A stretch of 55,668 nt of DNA, from assembly GCA_965195285.1 (NCBI GenBank), contig CBDAFS010000020.1, positions 1 to 55,668 on the forward strand, written 5' to 3'. Both the position numbers and the translations under genes were made by a program. Origin of the DNA: an uncultured Aminicenantes bacterium. GTDB taxonomy: Bacteria; Acidobacteriota; Aminicenantia; UBA2199. Under the pieces are notes generated by a model. The model was given only the letters and a program-made list of their open reading frames with translations, searched no databases and had not been told where the DNA came from. Positions 1 to 7,837 of the stretch are shown one piece after another; position 1 is the first letter of the stretch, and every line of letters begins with the position of its first letter.

Positions 1-1127
1 TAATGGATGGCATCCACCGGACAGGTGTTCAAACAGCGCATGCAACAGAAACAATCCGCTCCCATAATTTTGTTATCAACCATTCCCCGTGCCGCTTCAT
101 TGGGACAGGCCCTGATGCAGGCACCGCAGAGAGTGCACAAATCCCGGTTGATTCTCACCCGAAAAATGCTGAGCTTCTCAAGCAGCCAGGAAATCAATCC
201 GAAAGGGCATATAAATTGACAAAACGGCCTGTACAGAAAAAATGAGAGCATGAACACCACTGCCAGTATGATGATGACACCAAGGGATTCAAAATCAAGA
301 TTGAACAGATTAAAGGGATTGATATAATGATAGATAACAAACCCCTTTTTTCCTCCCACCACATCAAACAACAAGATCAGCATAACCAGAAAAAGACCGG
401 TCCGGATCGTATTGGAAAACCAGAACGGAAGCTTTTTCTTCTTGGTTTTTTTTAAAACCGGACATTTGTAGATCAACTCCTGAATCGCGCCAAAAGGGCA
501 TCCCCATCCGCAGATTAACTTATTGGCCACAATTACCAGGAATACAAAAAAACCAAATGCAGCGATTTTAATCCAAACATCCGGATAAAGTCCCACCATG
601 GACTTAAAAACCTTGACCACACTCTCCATGGGATTGGGAGATTTTCTCAGCAGAAAACCACAGATCACCACCGAAACCATCAATAACAGGGTATAGGGAA
701 ACGCCGGGTACCACTTCTTTCGGTCTTTGACACCCAGTTTTGCCGGTCTCCCTAACAACAGCAGATAGATCAGTGCGCCCATAAAAATTGCAAAATAAAT
801 GTAGTACTTGACGGTGGTATCCCGGTGTGAAAGAAGATGCTCCAGGGAATGCTGAAGTAAATCCGGCTTAACACCCAGTTTAAAAAGCGGTTTTTTCTTG
901 GGTACATCAAGTCTCAAATTCAGCTCCCGGGCCAAGGCCTTACCGGTTACGCCTATCCGGGGGGCAATATCGGATATTGAATTTCGGGTAGTGAATCGCT
1001 TTAAATCTATTGTTTTCCCTTCAGGCTGAAACCCATACCCCATCAGCCCAATTAAAATCATGGCTGCGCCGGTCAGCCACAAGATGATTTTCTGGGTCGT
1101 TGATAAATGTTGAAACCAGTTGATCAT
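1..1127 (-). CDS. Membrane 4Fe-4S binding protein (NapH/MauN/FixG-like polyferredoxin); 3' end runs off the window
   Basis: Absent from the ORF track (no stop inside window). ATG at 1127 with GAGGA upstream. Manual translation shows TM segments, CGWGCPFG, and two CxxCxxCxxxCP motifs (CTLCGACIRACP; CFCCMRCLNTCP). Confidence 0.8.
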   Translation of the reverse strand, partial: MINWFQHLSTTQKIILWLTGAAMILIGLMGYGFQPEGKTIDLKRFTTRNSISDIAPRIGVTGKALARELNLRLDVPKKKPLFKLGVKPDLLQHSLEHLLSHRDTTVKYYIYFAIFMGALIYLLLLGRPAKLGVKDRKKWYPAFPYTLLLMVSVVICGFLLRKSPNPMESVVKVFKSMVGLYPDVWIKIAAFGFFVFLVIVANKLICGWGCPFGAIQELIYKCPVLKKTKKKKLPFWFSNTIRTGLFLVMLILLFDVVGGKKGFVIYHYINPFNLFNLDFESLGVIIILAVVFMLSFFLYRPFCQFICPFGLISWLLEKLSIFRVRINRDLCTLCGACIRACPNEAARGMVDNKIMGADCFCCMRCLNTCPVDAIH

Positions 1128-1228
1128 CAGGTTTCCTCAGACAGATCCGTCCTCATATACCCTGCCTTCCTCCTGATTCCGATTATAGCAGATCAATAAT
1201 AAAAAAAATATCAATGGATAGTATTTTG

Positions 1229-1603
1229 CTATTGAATGGGATTGACCTGCCATTGGTCATTAATCCATAATCCGATAATCTCTATTCCGGGATAATGCTG
1301 TTTCAGAAACTCAATTGATTTTTGTACCTGGTCGATCTGTGTGGTTTTATCCACTGGATTTCCCGCACAGTCATAATGACCGGAGATAAAAATCATTTTT
1401 GATCTGTGTTTGTTTATGGAAATATCAATCCGCCTTATTATTGAATTCACCAGGATTTCATTCTGGTTTTCCGCTACTATTTTACAGGGACCGGGCTCGG
1501 TAATGGCATCCACATAATCAACTTCATAATTTTCCTTCAGATACCTTATAGTTGATTCCTGAATCCGCCCATCCATGCAGTGAATTGACGTGCAAAAAGT
1601 CAT
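1229..1603 (-). CDS. Putative beta-type carbonic anhydrase-like protein
   Basis: CMDGR and HYDC Zn-ligand motifs; GGAGG RBS; 11 bp downstream of the DUF3795 gene. Confidence 0.7.
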   Translation of the reverse strand: MTFCTSIHCMDGRIQESTIRYLKENYEVDYVDAITEPGPCKIVAENQNEILVNSIIRRIDISINKHRSKMIFISGHYDCAGNPVDKTTQIDQVQKSIEFLKQHYPGIEIIGLWINDQWQVNPIQ

Positions 1604-1614
1604 AAAAACCTCCG

Positions 1615-1950
1615 TTATCTTTTATCCAGAAGCCAGTCCCGGGTTCCCAATTCCTTACGTCTTTCCAGATTGTCCTGCCGCTCATTCAGAGAATTCTGAA
1701 ATTCCTCATCACTCATATTCGGATCCTTCAGTTTCAGAAATATCTCACAGGGAAGCTCATTACACTGCCCGCAGTGTTCCAAATGTTTCTGGTTCACACA
1801 GCAGTCATATATCGGACAAACCGGTATATTAAACTCTGCAGTCCAGAAAGGTTTCCCCCCCACATAGCCGCATCCCTGGCAGTTTTTTCCCAGAAACTGA
1901 CATGACGCACAGTATAGCCCGCAGGGCGGAGCCAATTTTTCATCTACCAT
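1615..1950 (-). CDS. DUF3795 cysteine-rich protein
   Basis: PCGLYCASC...CQGC...CPIYDCC...HCGQCNELPC pattern; GAGGTG RBS. Confidence 0.8.
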   Translation of the reverse strand: MVDEKLAPPCGLYCASCQFLGKNCQGCGYVGGKPFWTAEFNIPVCPIYDCCVNQKHLEHCGQCNELPCEIFLKLKDPNMSDEEFQNSLNERQDNLERRKELGTRDWLLDKR

Positions 1951-2030
1951 TTTTCACCTCTTTCAACCAAAAAATCTGGTCCCCGAATTATAACATAAAT
2001 CCAAATCCAGGTTTCACTCCCATGCCATGA

Positions 2031-2768
2031 TCAACGGGCTTCAATGATCAAAGGAATGCTGTTTTCAGATAACATCTCTCCTTTAAAGCTTCCGTAATAC
2101 ATGATGTCGGCATAACCCGCATTAAACAGTAGCAGCTCGATCTCTTCCTTCATTACCGGGTAAAGCTCAATGCTATTCTTGATGGTCCGGCCGGTATTTT
2201 TAATAAAAAGAGTCGTTTCAAAATTTATCTTCCCGGAGTCCTTACGAAGGCAGTAGAATCGCTCAAACCGAATCCGGTGATTTTCGATCAGGGGCAGACT
2301 CCGGATATCCTGTATCAGGATTCGGTCGTAATGGACAATCTGCACCAGCAGTTTCCCTCCCGGTTTCAGCAATTTGCGGGCTTTCGATAGAAACGATTCG
2401 ATTTCTCCGGAATCTCCCAGATGGACCAGGGTGTTGCCGAAGCAGGCAATGAGATCAAACAAGCAATCTATGAAATGTCTTTCAATCTCGAGCATGCCCA
2501 TACATTCAAATTCCGCCCGGCTTCCCAAAGCTTTTGCCTTGGCGCGCGCCAGTCCGATCATCTCTTGGTCAATATCGATGCCAATGACCTTGTCAAAATG
2601 ATCCGACAGTTCCAGGGCCAGGTTTCCGGTCCCGCAGCCGATATCAAGAATATACTTTTCTTGATTCTGCCCATCCGAAGTGGATAAAACGAAATCTTTT
2701 TGAATGGAATTATAGGGGAAAATATCATCATAATACGGTGCAATACGCTTATAAAATTTCATATTCAT
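2031..2768 (-). CDS. Class I SAM-dependent methyltransferase
   Basis: ILDIGCGTG motif I, GIDID, LKPGG. Confidence 0.9.
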   Translation of the reverse strand: MNMKFYKRIAPYYDDIFPYNSIQKDFVLSTSDGQNQEKYILDIGCGTGNLALELSDHFDKVIGIDIDQEMIGLARAKAKALGSRAEFECMGMLEIERHFIDCLFDLIACFGNTLVHLGDSGEIESFLSKARKLLKPGGKLLVQIVHYDRILIQDIRSLPLIENHRIRFERFYCLRKDSGKINFETTLFIKNTGRTIKNSIELYPVMKEEIELLLFNAGYADIMYYGSFKGEMLSENSIPLIIEAR

Positions 2769-2839
2769 TTAAAATAGTAGCAGAGACCATTCATTGAACC
2801 ACTTATGTTATTGTAATTCAAGACCCAGGCCCACTCAAG

Positions 2840-3274
2840 TTAATCAGACCACCTTTTTGATATGACGCCTATAGTAAGCCCATAAGCAAAAAAACCTCCA
2901 AGAGTGTAGATATGCCAGAATAATTGATTTTTTGTGGCAATTGATTCATACATTAACGGATGAGAAATTCCCCAAAGGGAAATCACTACCCAGAGTGCGA
3001 TCCCGTAAAGGACTCCGGTGTTAATACCTGCCATCTTCAATGGAATAATAAATTTTGAATAAATAAAAGTAAAAATGATCCCGAAAAAGGTGCCTATTAC
3101 CAATTTTGTCCAAAAAAAGTACCAAACATTAATTTGATCAGGCTCAAATTTTCCTTCAGGAACCATTTGAGGACCATATACAATCCTTGAAGCAATAGCC
3201 CCCATAAAAAACAGTCCAATACCCATGGCCAAACCAGCTAATATACCGCTAATCAAAATTTTCCTCATATTCAT
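2840..3274 (-). CDS. Hypothetical membrane protein (about 4 TM)
   Basis: 144-aa ORF with hydrophobic helices; AGGAG RBS. Confidence 0.75.
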   Translation of the reverse strand: MNMRKILISGILAGLAMGIGLFFMGAIASRIVYGPQMVPEGKFEPDQINVWYFFWTKLVIGTFFGIIFTFIYSKFIIPLKMAGINTGVLYGIALWVVISLWGISHPLMYESIATKNQLFWHIYTLGGFFAYGLTIGVISKRWSD

Positions 3275-3307
3275 AAAATTCTCCTCTTTTATAGTCAGAT
3301 GAAAATC

Positions 3308-3354
3308 GGATCAGTTCCTGAAATACTACATTTCTGCAATGCATAACCTGATCC
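3308..3354. repeat. Intergenic imperfect palindrome (GGATCAG...CTGATCC), member of a dispersed GGGGTCAG/CTGACCCC-like family
   Basis: Inverted ends at 3308-3314 and 3348-3354; related copies at 2819-2832, 34849-34898 and 35887-35913. Confidence 0.55.
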
Positions 3355-3362
3355 CATAGTTT

Positions 3363-3887
3363 CTACACTCTATCCTTTCTCATTTTTAGTTCAAAAATGC
3401 GGGCTAGATGAAAGTCATCATGTTCGGCAAAAAAATAAAGACAATCAACCAACCTCATGGGGACTTTCAGGCGGGGATGGAAAGCGGATCGGGCAAACAT
3501 TTCCGGGCTGTATTGAGCCAGACGGTACATGGTATTTTCCCTCACTTTTCGCAATTCGGTCAATATCGATTCAAGAAACCTGGAATTGTAATTGGCATCC
3601 TCTGTTTTTCTATTTTTCATATCTGCTGCTCTTAATTCTTTTTTCACGGCTTCATAATCATCCAATCGTCCGGTTACCAGGGCCTCAACGGAAATCAGAT
3701 GGCCGATATGCTCCTGAATCGACCAGAAATTTTCTGATCTGCATTTTAATGTCTCCTCTGTAGTATCTTTAATAAGATCTTCAACTCTTGCCGGTGTACC
3801 CCGCAGCCGCCCCATGATCTCCGGAAAATAGTCCTCCGGAAAATCAAAGGGAAATTTTCTATCAATCCACTTTATCCTGGCACCCAT
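3363..3887 (-). CDS. DinB/YfiT-like metal-dependent protein
   Basis: WSIQEHIGHL and EHDDFH His motifs; AGGAGG RBS. Confidence 0.85.
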   Translation of the reverse strand: MGARIKWIDRKFPFDFPEDYFPEIMGRLRGTPARVEDLIKDTTEETLKCRSENFWSIQEHIGHLISVEALVTGRLDDYEAVKKELRAADMKNRKTEDANYNSRFLESILTELRKVRENTMYRLAQYSPEMFARSAFHPRLKVPMRLVDCLYFFAEHDDFHLARIFELKMRKDRV

Positions 3888-4187
3888 GTTTCCTCCTTGG
3901 ATACTAATATAGCAACCCAGCGAACATTTTTAAAGGTTTTTATATTTATTATTTATTTTTCATATTTAAAGGATTATTTTCATCTTCAGTCCAATTTAGA
4001 GGGTTGTTTTTGATATATTTTTTGATTTGTTTTAATTCAACATCAGTTCTTATGATGTGATCATGAAAATTTCTTTGCCAAACCATATAAATATCTGAAT
4101 TTTGCCGAACCCATTTGGTGACAGATGTTTTATATCCGCGTATTATTGATCCGATAGAACCCGGAATTATTTTTTGATATGTATTTT

Positions 4188-4212
4188 GTAGGGGTTCAAT
4201 ATTTTGAACCCT
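4188..4212 (+). repeat. GTAG-type REP inside the RAYT CDS
   Basis: GTAGGGGTTCAATATTTTGAACCCT: GTAG plus hairpin; encodes RRVQNIEPLQ on the minus strand. Confidence 0.75.
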
Positions 4213-4336
4213 TCTATTTAGAATCAGTATTCCATGGATATGATTTGGCATAACAACGTATTCATCTATTTCTACACAGGGATAATGTGCGGGGATCTCT
4301 TTCCAAAATTTTTTTGATACTTTTCCAACCTCATTA

Positions 4337-4361
4337 AGGGCACAAAATATTGTGCCCCTAC
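4337..4361 (-). repeat. GTAG-type REP inside the RAYT CDS
   Basis: Minus strand GTAGGGGCACAATATTTTGTGCCCT; encodes RRGTIFCAL. Confidence 0.75.
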
Positions 4362-4499
4362 GAATCATACCAAATAATTCCTCTCTATTATTGGTACACA
4401 TAGTAATATAATAATTACCAGGCTGAGAATAATCATATCCCTTTAACCTTATTGAATGTCTGTGATGTTTTTCAGGATCAAATCTCATTCATTTTGTTT

Positions 4500-4527
4500 G
4501 TAGGGGTTTGATTAATCAAACCCCTAC
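4500..4527. repeat. Perfect 28-bp GTAG...CTAC REP palindrome upstream of the RAYT
   Basis: GTAGGGGTTTGATT-AATCAAACCCCTAC is a perfect inverted repeat 11 bp from the RAYT start codon. Confidence 0.85.
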
Positions 4528-4534
4528 TTATATA

Positions 4535-4945
4535 TTATCTGGATTGTTTAAAAATCATATAACCCAGAACAAATTCCATGAGTCCCAAAGTCAAATAAAG
4601 TGGCTGCAAAAAACTGCCCAATCCAATCCAGTATACCTGGACACAAATCCATATGACCAATGCAATCCCCAGTAAAACCGCCATTGATCCGGAAAAATGA
4701 TGGCGTTTAAAGGTCAGAATCGTGCCCACCAGGTTTCCGGCACCCAGGACGATAAGAAGGATCAAGCCCGGAATCAAAAAATCCATGAATGGCGATTTTT
4801 CAAGCATATCAATGGTCATCCACATACATTTCCCACTGGGATCCAAAATAAATCCAATGCCTCCGGCAAAAGCACTGAACACAATAAAACCCTGCAGAAA
4901 CCCCAATGCGTTAACCAACCATTTTCCCTTTTTTACATTTGTCAT
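4535..4945 (-). CDS. Hypothetical membrane protein (about 4 TM)
   Basis: 136-aa hydrophobic ORF; GAGGTGAGG RBS. Confidence 0.75.
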   Translation of the reverse strand: MTNVKKGKWLVNALGFLQGFIVFSAFAGGIGFILDPSGKCMWMTIDMLEKSPFMDFLIPGLILLIVLGAGNLVGTILTFKRHHFSGSMAVLLGIALVIWICVQVYWIGLGSFLQPLYLTLGLMEFVLGYMIFKQSR

Positions 4946-5135
4946 AACCTCACCTCAAAATATTTATTTTATTGTACCAGCAATTTCAAAAAATACAAAA
5001 ATATGGACAGCAGAAAATAGGGATAGAGACTATTTAATAATAACTATTCAAACCAACTTAAGCAATTAAAAGATTTTCTCCATCTTCTTAACTTTTCATC
5101 TTCATGCATCCATGCAACCATGCAATTTTTATTCC

Positions 5136-5160
5136 AGGGCGTGCCGCCGCAAGCCCCTAC
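5136..5160 (-). repeat. GTAG-type REP
   Basis: Minus strand GTAGGGGCTTGCGGCGGCACGCCCT: GTAG plus GC-rich hairpin. Confidence 0.7.
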
Positions 5161-5187
5161 ATTCAGCATTTATTTTCTCATCTTCTC

Positions 5188-5241
5188 TTTACCTTAACCT
5201 TCGCCTTTACCTTAATCTTAACCTTTACCTTCGCCTTAACC
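5188..5241. repeat. Nine degenerate hexamer tandem repeats (TTAACC/TTTACC/TTCGCC)
   Basis: Read directly; short 8-mer repeats (CATGCAAC-like) lie upstream at about 5100-5125. Confidence 0.85.
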
Positions 5242-5320
5242 TATGTTATTGGTCATTACTTTCTCCTTGCAATTTTTGTTTTTACTTGCTATGATTTCGA
5301 ATTCATAAAATGAGGTAAAC

Positions 5321-7501
5321 ATGAACGATATTGACTCAAAGAAAGAAGTTAATAAACCCGAAAAAAAGGGGTTTTTTACTAAATTTTCCGGCCAGTTCTG
5401 GCTGGTAGTGCTGTTTGAATTCATCGAACGGGGTTCCTATTATGGAATGATGAGTTTTATATCGGTGTATTTTACCGAGACCCTCAATATTCCCAAGGAA
5501 AGCGTTGGTATTATCAAAGGGGTGATCCAGCCGCTGCTCTATTTCCTTCCCATTATTTCGGGAGCGGTTGCCGACCGCTTCGGATACCGCCGGGTATTGA
5601 TGGTGGCCTTCGCCCTGCTGGGGGGCGGCTACTTTCTCACCAGCCAGGCCACTCAGTACACCACGGTTTTTGTCGCCCTGGTGGTCATGGGATTCGGGGC
5701 GGGTATTTTTAAGCCCATCATCTCCGGAACCATTGCCCGCCTTACGGATGAGTCCACCAGTACAATCGGATTCGGCATCTATTATTGGTCCATCAACCTG
5801 GGGGCCTTTTTATTTCCCCTGATTCTGGTTCCTTTTTTAAAAAGCATCAACCCCACCTATGTGATCATTGCCGCTTCCATCTGTACCGCTTCCATGCTCA
5901 TCCCCACCGCCATTTTCTTTAAAGAACCCGTTAAACAGGACCGGGCCGAAAAACGAGATAAAACCAGCATGATCCAAACCCTGGCCAATGCCTTCGAAAT
6001 CATTTACTCACCCATCGTTCTGATTTATCTTCAATTGAAAAAGCCCGGGTTCAGAAAAATCATTATCGGCCTGATCCTGGCCGGACTGCTCATCTATTCG
6101 CTAATCGGGTACATTCAGCAATCTCCGGTATCTGAAAAATACGCTTCAGTTGGTATCGAAAGGGGCCACACCAGTCTGATTGTTCAGGTCGACCGCAATA
6201 TGCAGTCCAAGACCGATTATGAAGTAAAATCCATAAAAGAACCATTGCCAGCCATTCAATTAACGGTTTTTAAACCCCTGAATTTTGAAAATTTCATAAC
6301 TGACCTGTTGATAAAACTGAAAACCTATCCAGATCTAGAAGAAATCAGCAAATTGGATTTACAGCAATATATATCCCTGTCAGAGAAAAAAGTTGAGCTG
6401 ATATTTCAGTTGAATAAATCCGGAAAAAATGATTTTCAGATTACTAAAATATCCGACCTGCAATACAAGGTGGAGTTAAAAAGTAAACATTTTTCGGATT
6501 ACCGGGATTCGCTTCTCCAGGAAATTCAAAAAATCCCCATACTTCGAGGAATTAAAGCAAAAGATATTAATCGACTTCACAATGATGTAAACAGCCGTTC
6601 ATTTTTCCTTTTGTTTGTGATTTCAGTTATTCTGATCGGCTTATTTATAACTGCCACATCAATAAGGAAGTCACCTCAAACCATCAATCAGCAAAATAAC
6701 ACCTCATCCGGTTTTCAACTGCCGCAGTTACTGCTGCCAATTGTCATCTTGGTTTTATGGCTGATTCCGGGATTGAGTATTCTGGGGAGGATTATCTCAT
6801 CGGTTGTGTATTTCTCAATCATGTCTCTCTTCATAATCGACAAAACAGATGCTGCAAAATTTGCCGACCATGCTAAATTTCTGCTGATGATTTTTCTCTA
6901 TTCCGGTTTCTGGATTCTCTACTTCCAGATGTTCGATTCGGTATTGTGGTATGTCCAGGCCTATGTGGATGCCGCTTCACTCAATACTGCCATTAACAAG
7001 TTTCTGGGACTCCTGGGAATTCACATCAACTGGTTTTTCGATGTGGAGCATGTGACCGTGATCAATGCAGGAACCATTATCCTATTGCAATTAATTATCT
7101 CAAATATTGTCAAAAAGAAAAAAGCACTGCCCACCATGATCACCGGAATCGGGATCGGCACTGTGGGTATGGCCATTCTGGCTGTTTCCGCCAACATCTG
7201 GATTTTTATCACCGGGATTGTTTTGTTTTCTGTGGGCGAAATGACCGCTCACCCCAAATTTATCAGCTATATCGGCCTGGTGGCCCCCACTAAGAACAAG
7301 GCCATGTACATGGGTTACCTGTTCCTGTACGGTGTTTTCGGCAGTTCCATCGGCGGTATCGTAGGAGCCAAATTGTATGTTTACTTTGTGGATAATCTGA
7401 ACCAGCCGCGCGTTCTGTGGTTAATCTTCAGCAGCATTGGCATTCTCACCATGATCTGCCTGCTATTATACAATAAATTCCTGGCCCCGAAGAAAATCTA
7501 A
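5321..7501 (+). CDS. MFS transporter, POT/PTR-like peptide transporter, with a large central insertion
   Basis: EFIERGSYYG (ExxER motif), GAVADRFGYRR, GIFKPIIS, YWSINLGA; 726 aa, well above typical MFS length. Confidence 0.85.
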   Translation: MNDIDSKKEVNKPEKKGFFTKFSGQFWLVVLFEFIERGSYYGMMSFISVYFTETLNIPKESVGIIKGVIQPLLYFLPIISGAVADRFGYRRVLMVAFALLGGGYFLTSQATQYTTVFVALVVMGFGAGIFKPIISGTIARLTDESTSTIGFGIYYWSINLGAFLFPLILVPFLKSINPTYVIIAASICTASMLIPTAIFFKEPVKQDRAEKRDKTSMIQTLANAFEIIYSPIVLIYLQLKKPGFRKIIIGLILAGLLIYSLIGYIQQSPVSEKYASVGIERGHTSLIVQVDRNMQSKTDYEVKSIKEPLPAIQLTVFKPLNFENFITDLLIKLKTYPDLEEISKLDLQQYISLSEKKVELIFQLNKSGKNDFQITKISDLQYKVELKSKHFSDYRDSLLQEIQKIPILRGIKAKDINRLHNDVNSRSFFLLFVISVILIGLFITATSIRKSPQTINQQNNTSSGFQLPQLLLPIVILVLWLIPGLSILGRIISSVVYFSIMSLFIIDKTDAAKFADHAKFLLMIFLYSGFWILYFQMFDSVLWYVQAYVDAASLNTAINKFLGLLGIHINWFFDVEHVTVINAGTIILLQLIISNIVKKKKALPTMITGIGIGTVGMAILAVSANIWIFITGIVLFSVGEMTAHPKFISYIGLVAPTKNKAMYMGYLFLYGVFGSSIGGIVGAKLYVYFVDNLNQPRVLWLIFSSIGILTMICLLLYNKFLAPKKI

Positions 7502-7633
7502 AATGTAAATATAGACGATCTTGATTCAAGGTTTTAAGTTCAAAGTTGAAATCAAAATTAACTTTGAATCCTGAACTTATATATTTCTTTTGACATAATC
7601 CTGGTAATATGATATGAGGGACTGGATTGACAA

Positions 7634-7837
7634 ATGAAAGACGCGAGACAAAAATTATCCGAAGCTAAAAAATCAACTTCGACTGTAGCCATGCTGGTAG
7701 GCATGCTGCCAATTATTATTATTGTGGTTTTGTTTTTCAATAACCGTTTTATTTTAAAACAGCTGGGTCCCGGGAGCATACTGGCAGTCATTGCTGCAAT
7801 TGTTCTGCTGATAACCGGTGCAATAAAACCACGATGA
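7634..7837 (+). CDS. Small 2-TM membrane protein
   Basis: 67 aa; stop overlaps the next start (ATGA). Confidence 0.55.
   Translation: MKDARQKLSEAKKSTSTVAMLVGMLPIIIIVVLFFNNRFILKQLGPGSILAVIAAIVLLITGAIKPR

Larger units (their letters stand above)
3949..4488 (-). mobile_element. REP-associated tyrosine transposase (RAYT, Y1/HUH family)
   Basis: RHSIRLKGYDY N-terminus, YYITMCT, VMPNHIHGI (HUH), WQRNFHDHIIR, catalytic YIKNNP; GTAG-palindromes flank and sit within the gene. Confidence 0.9.

Noticed and set aside
1-4945. Integron cassette array
   Set aside because: No integrase and no convincing paired RYYYAAC...GTTRRRY attC hairpins between the genes.
5104-5313. Small hydrophobic ORFs 5104..5313 and 5112..5294; telomere-like repeat
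   Set aside because: The LTLTF/LNLNL periodicity comes from the hexamer repeat; no RBS; the location is internal and intergenic.
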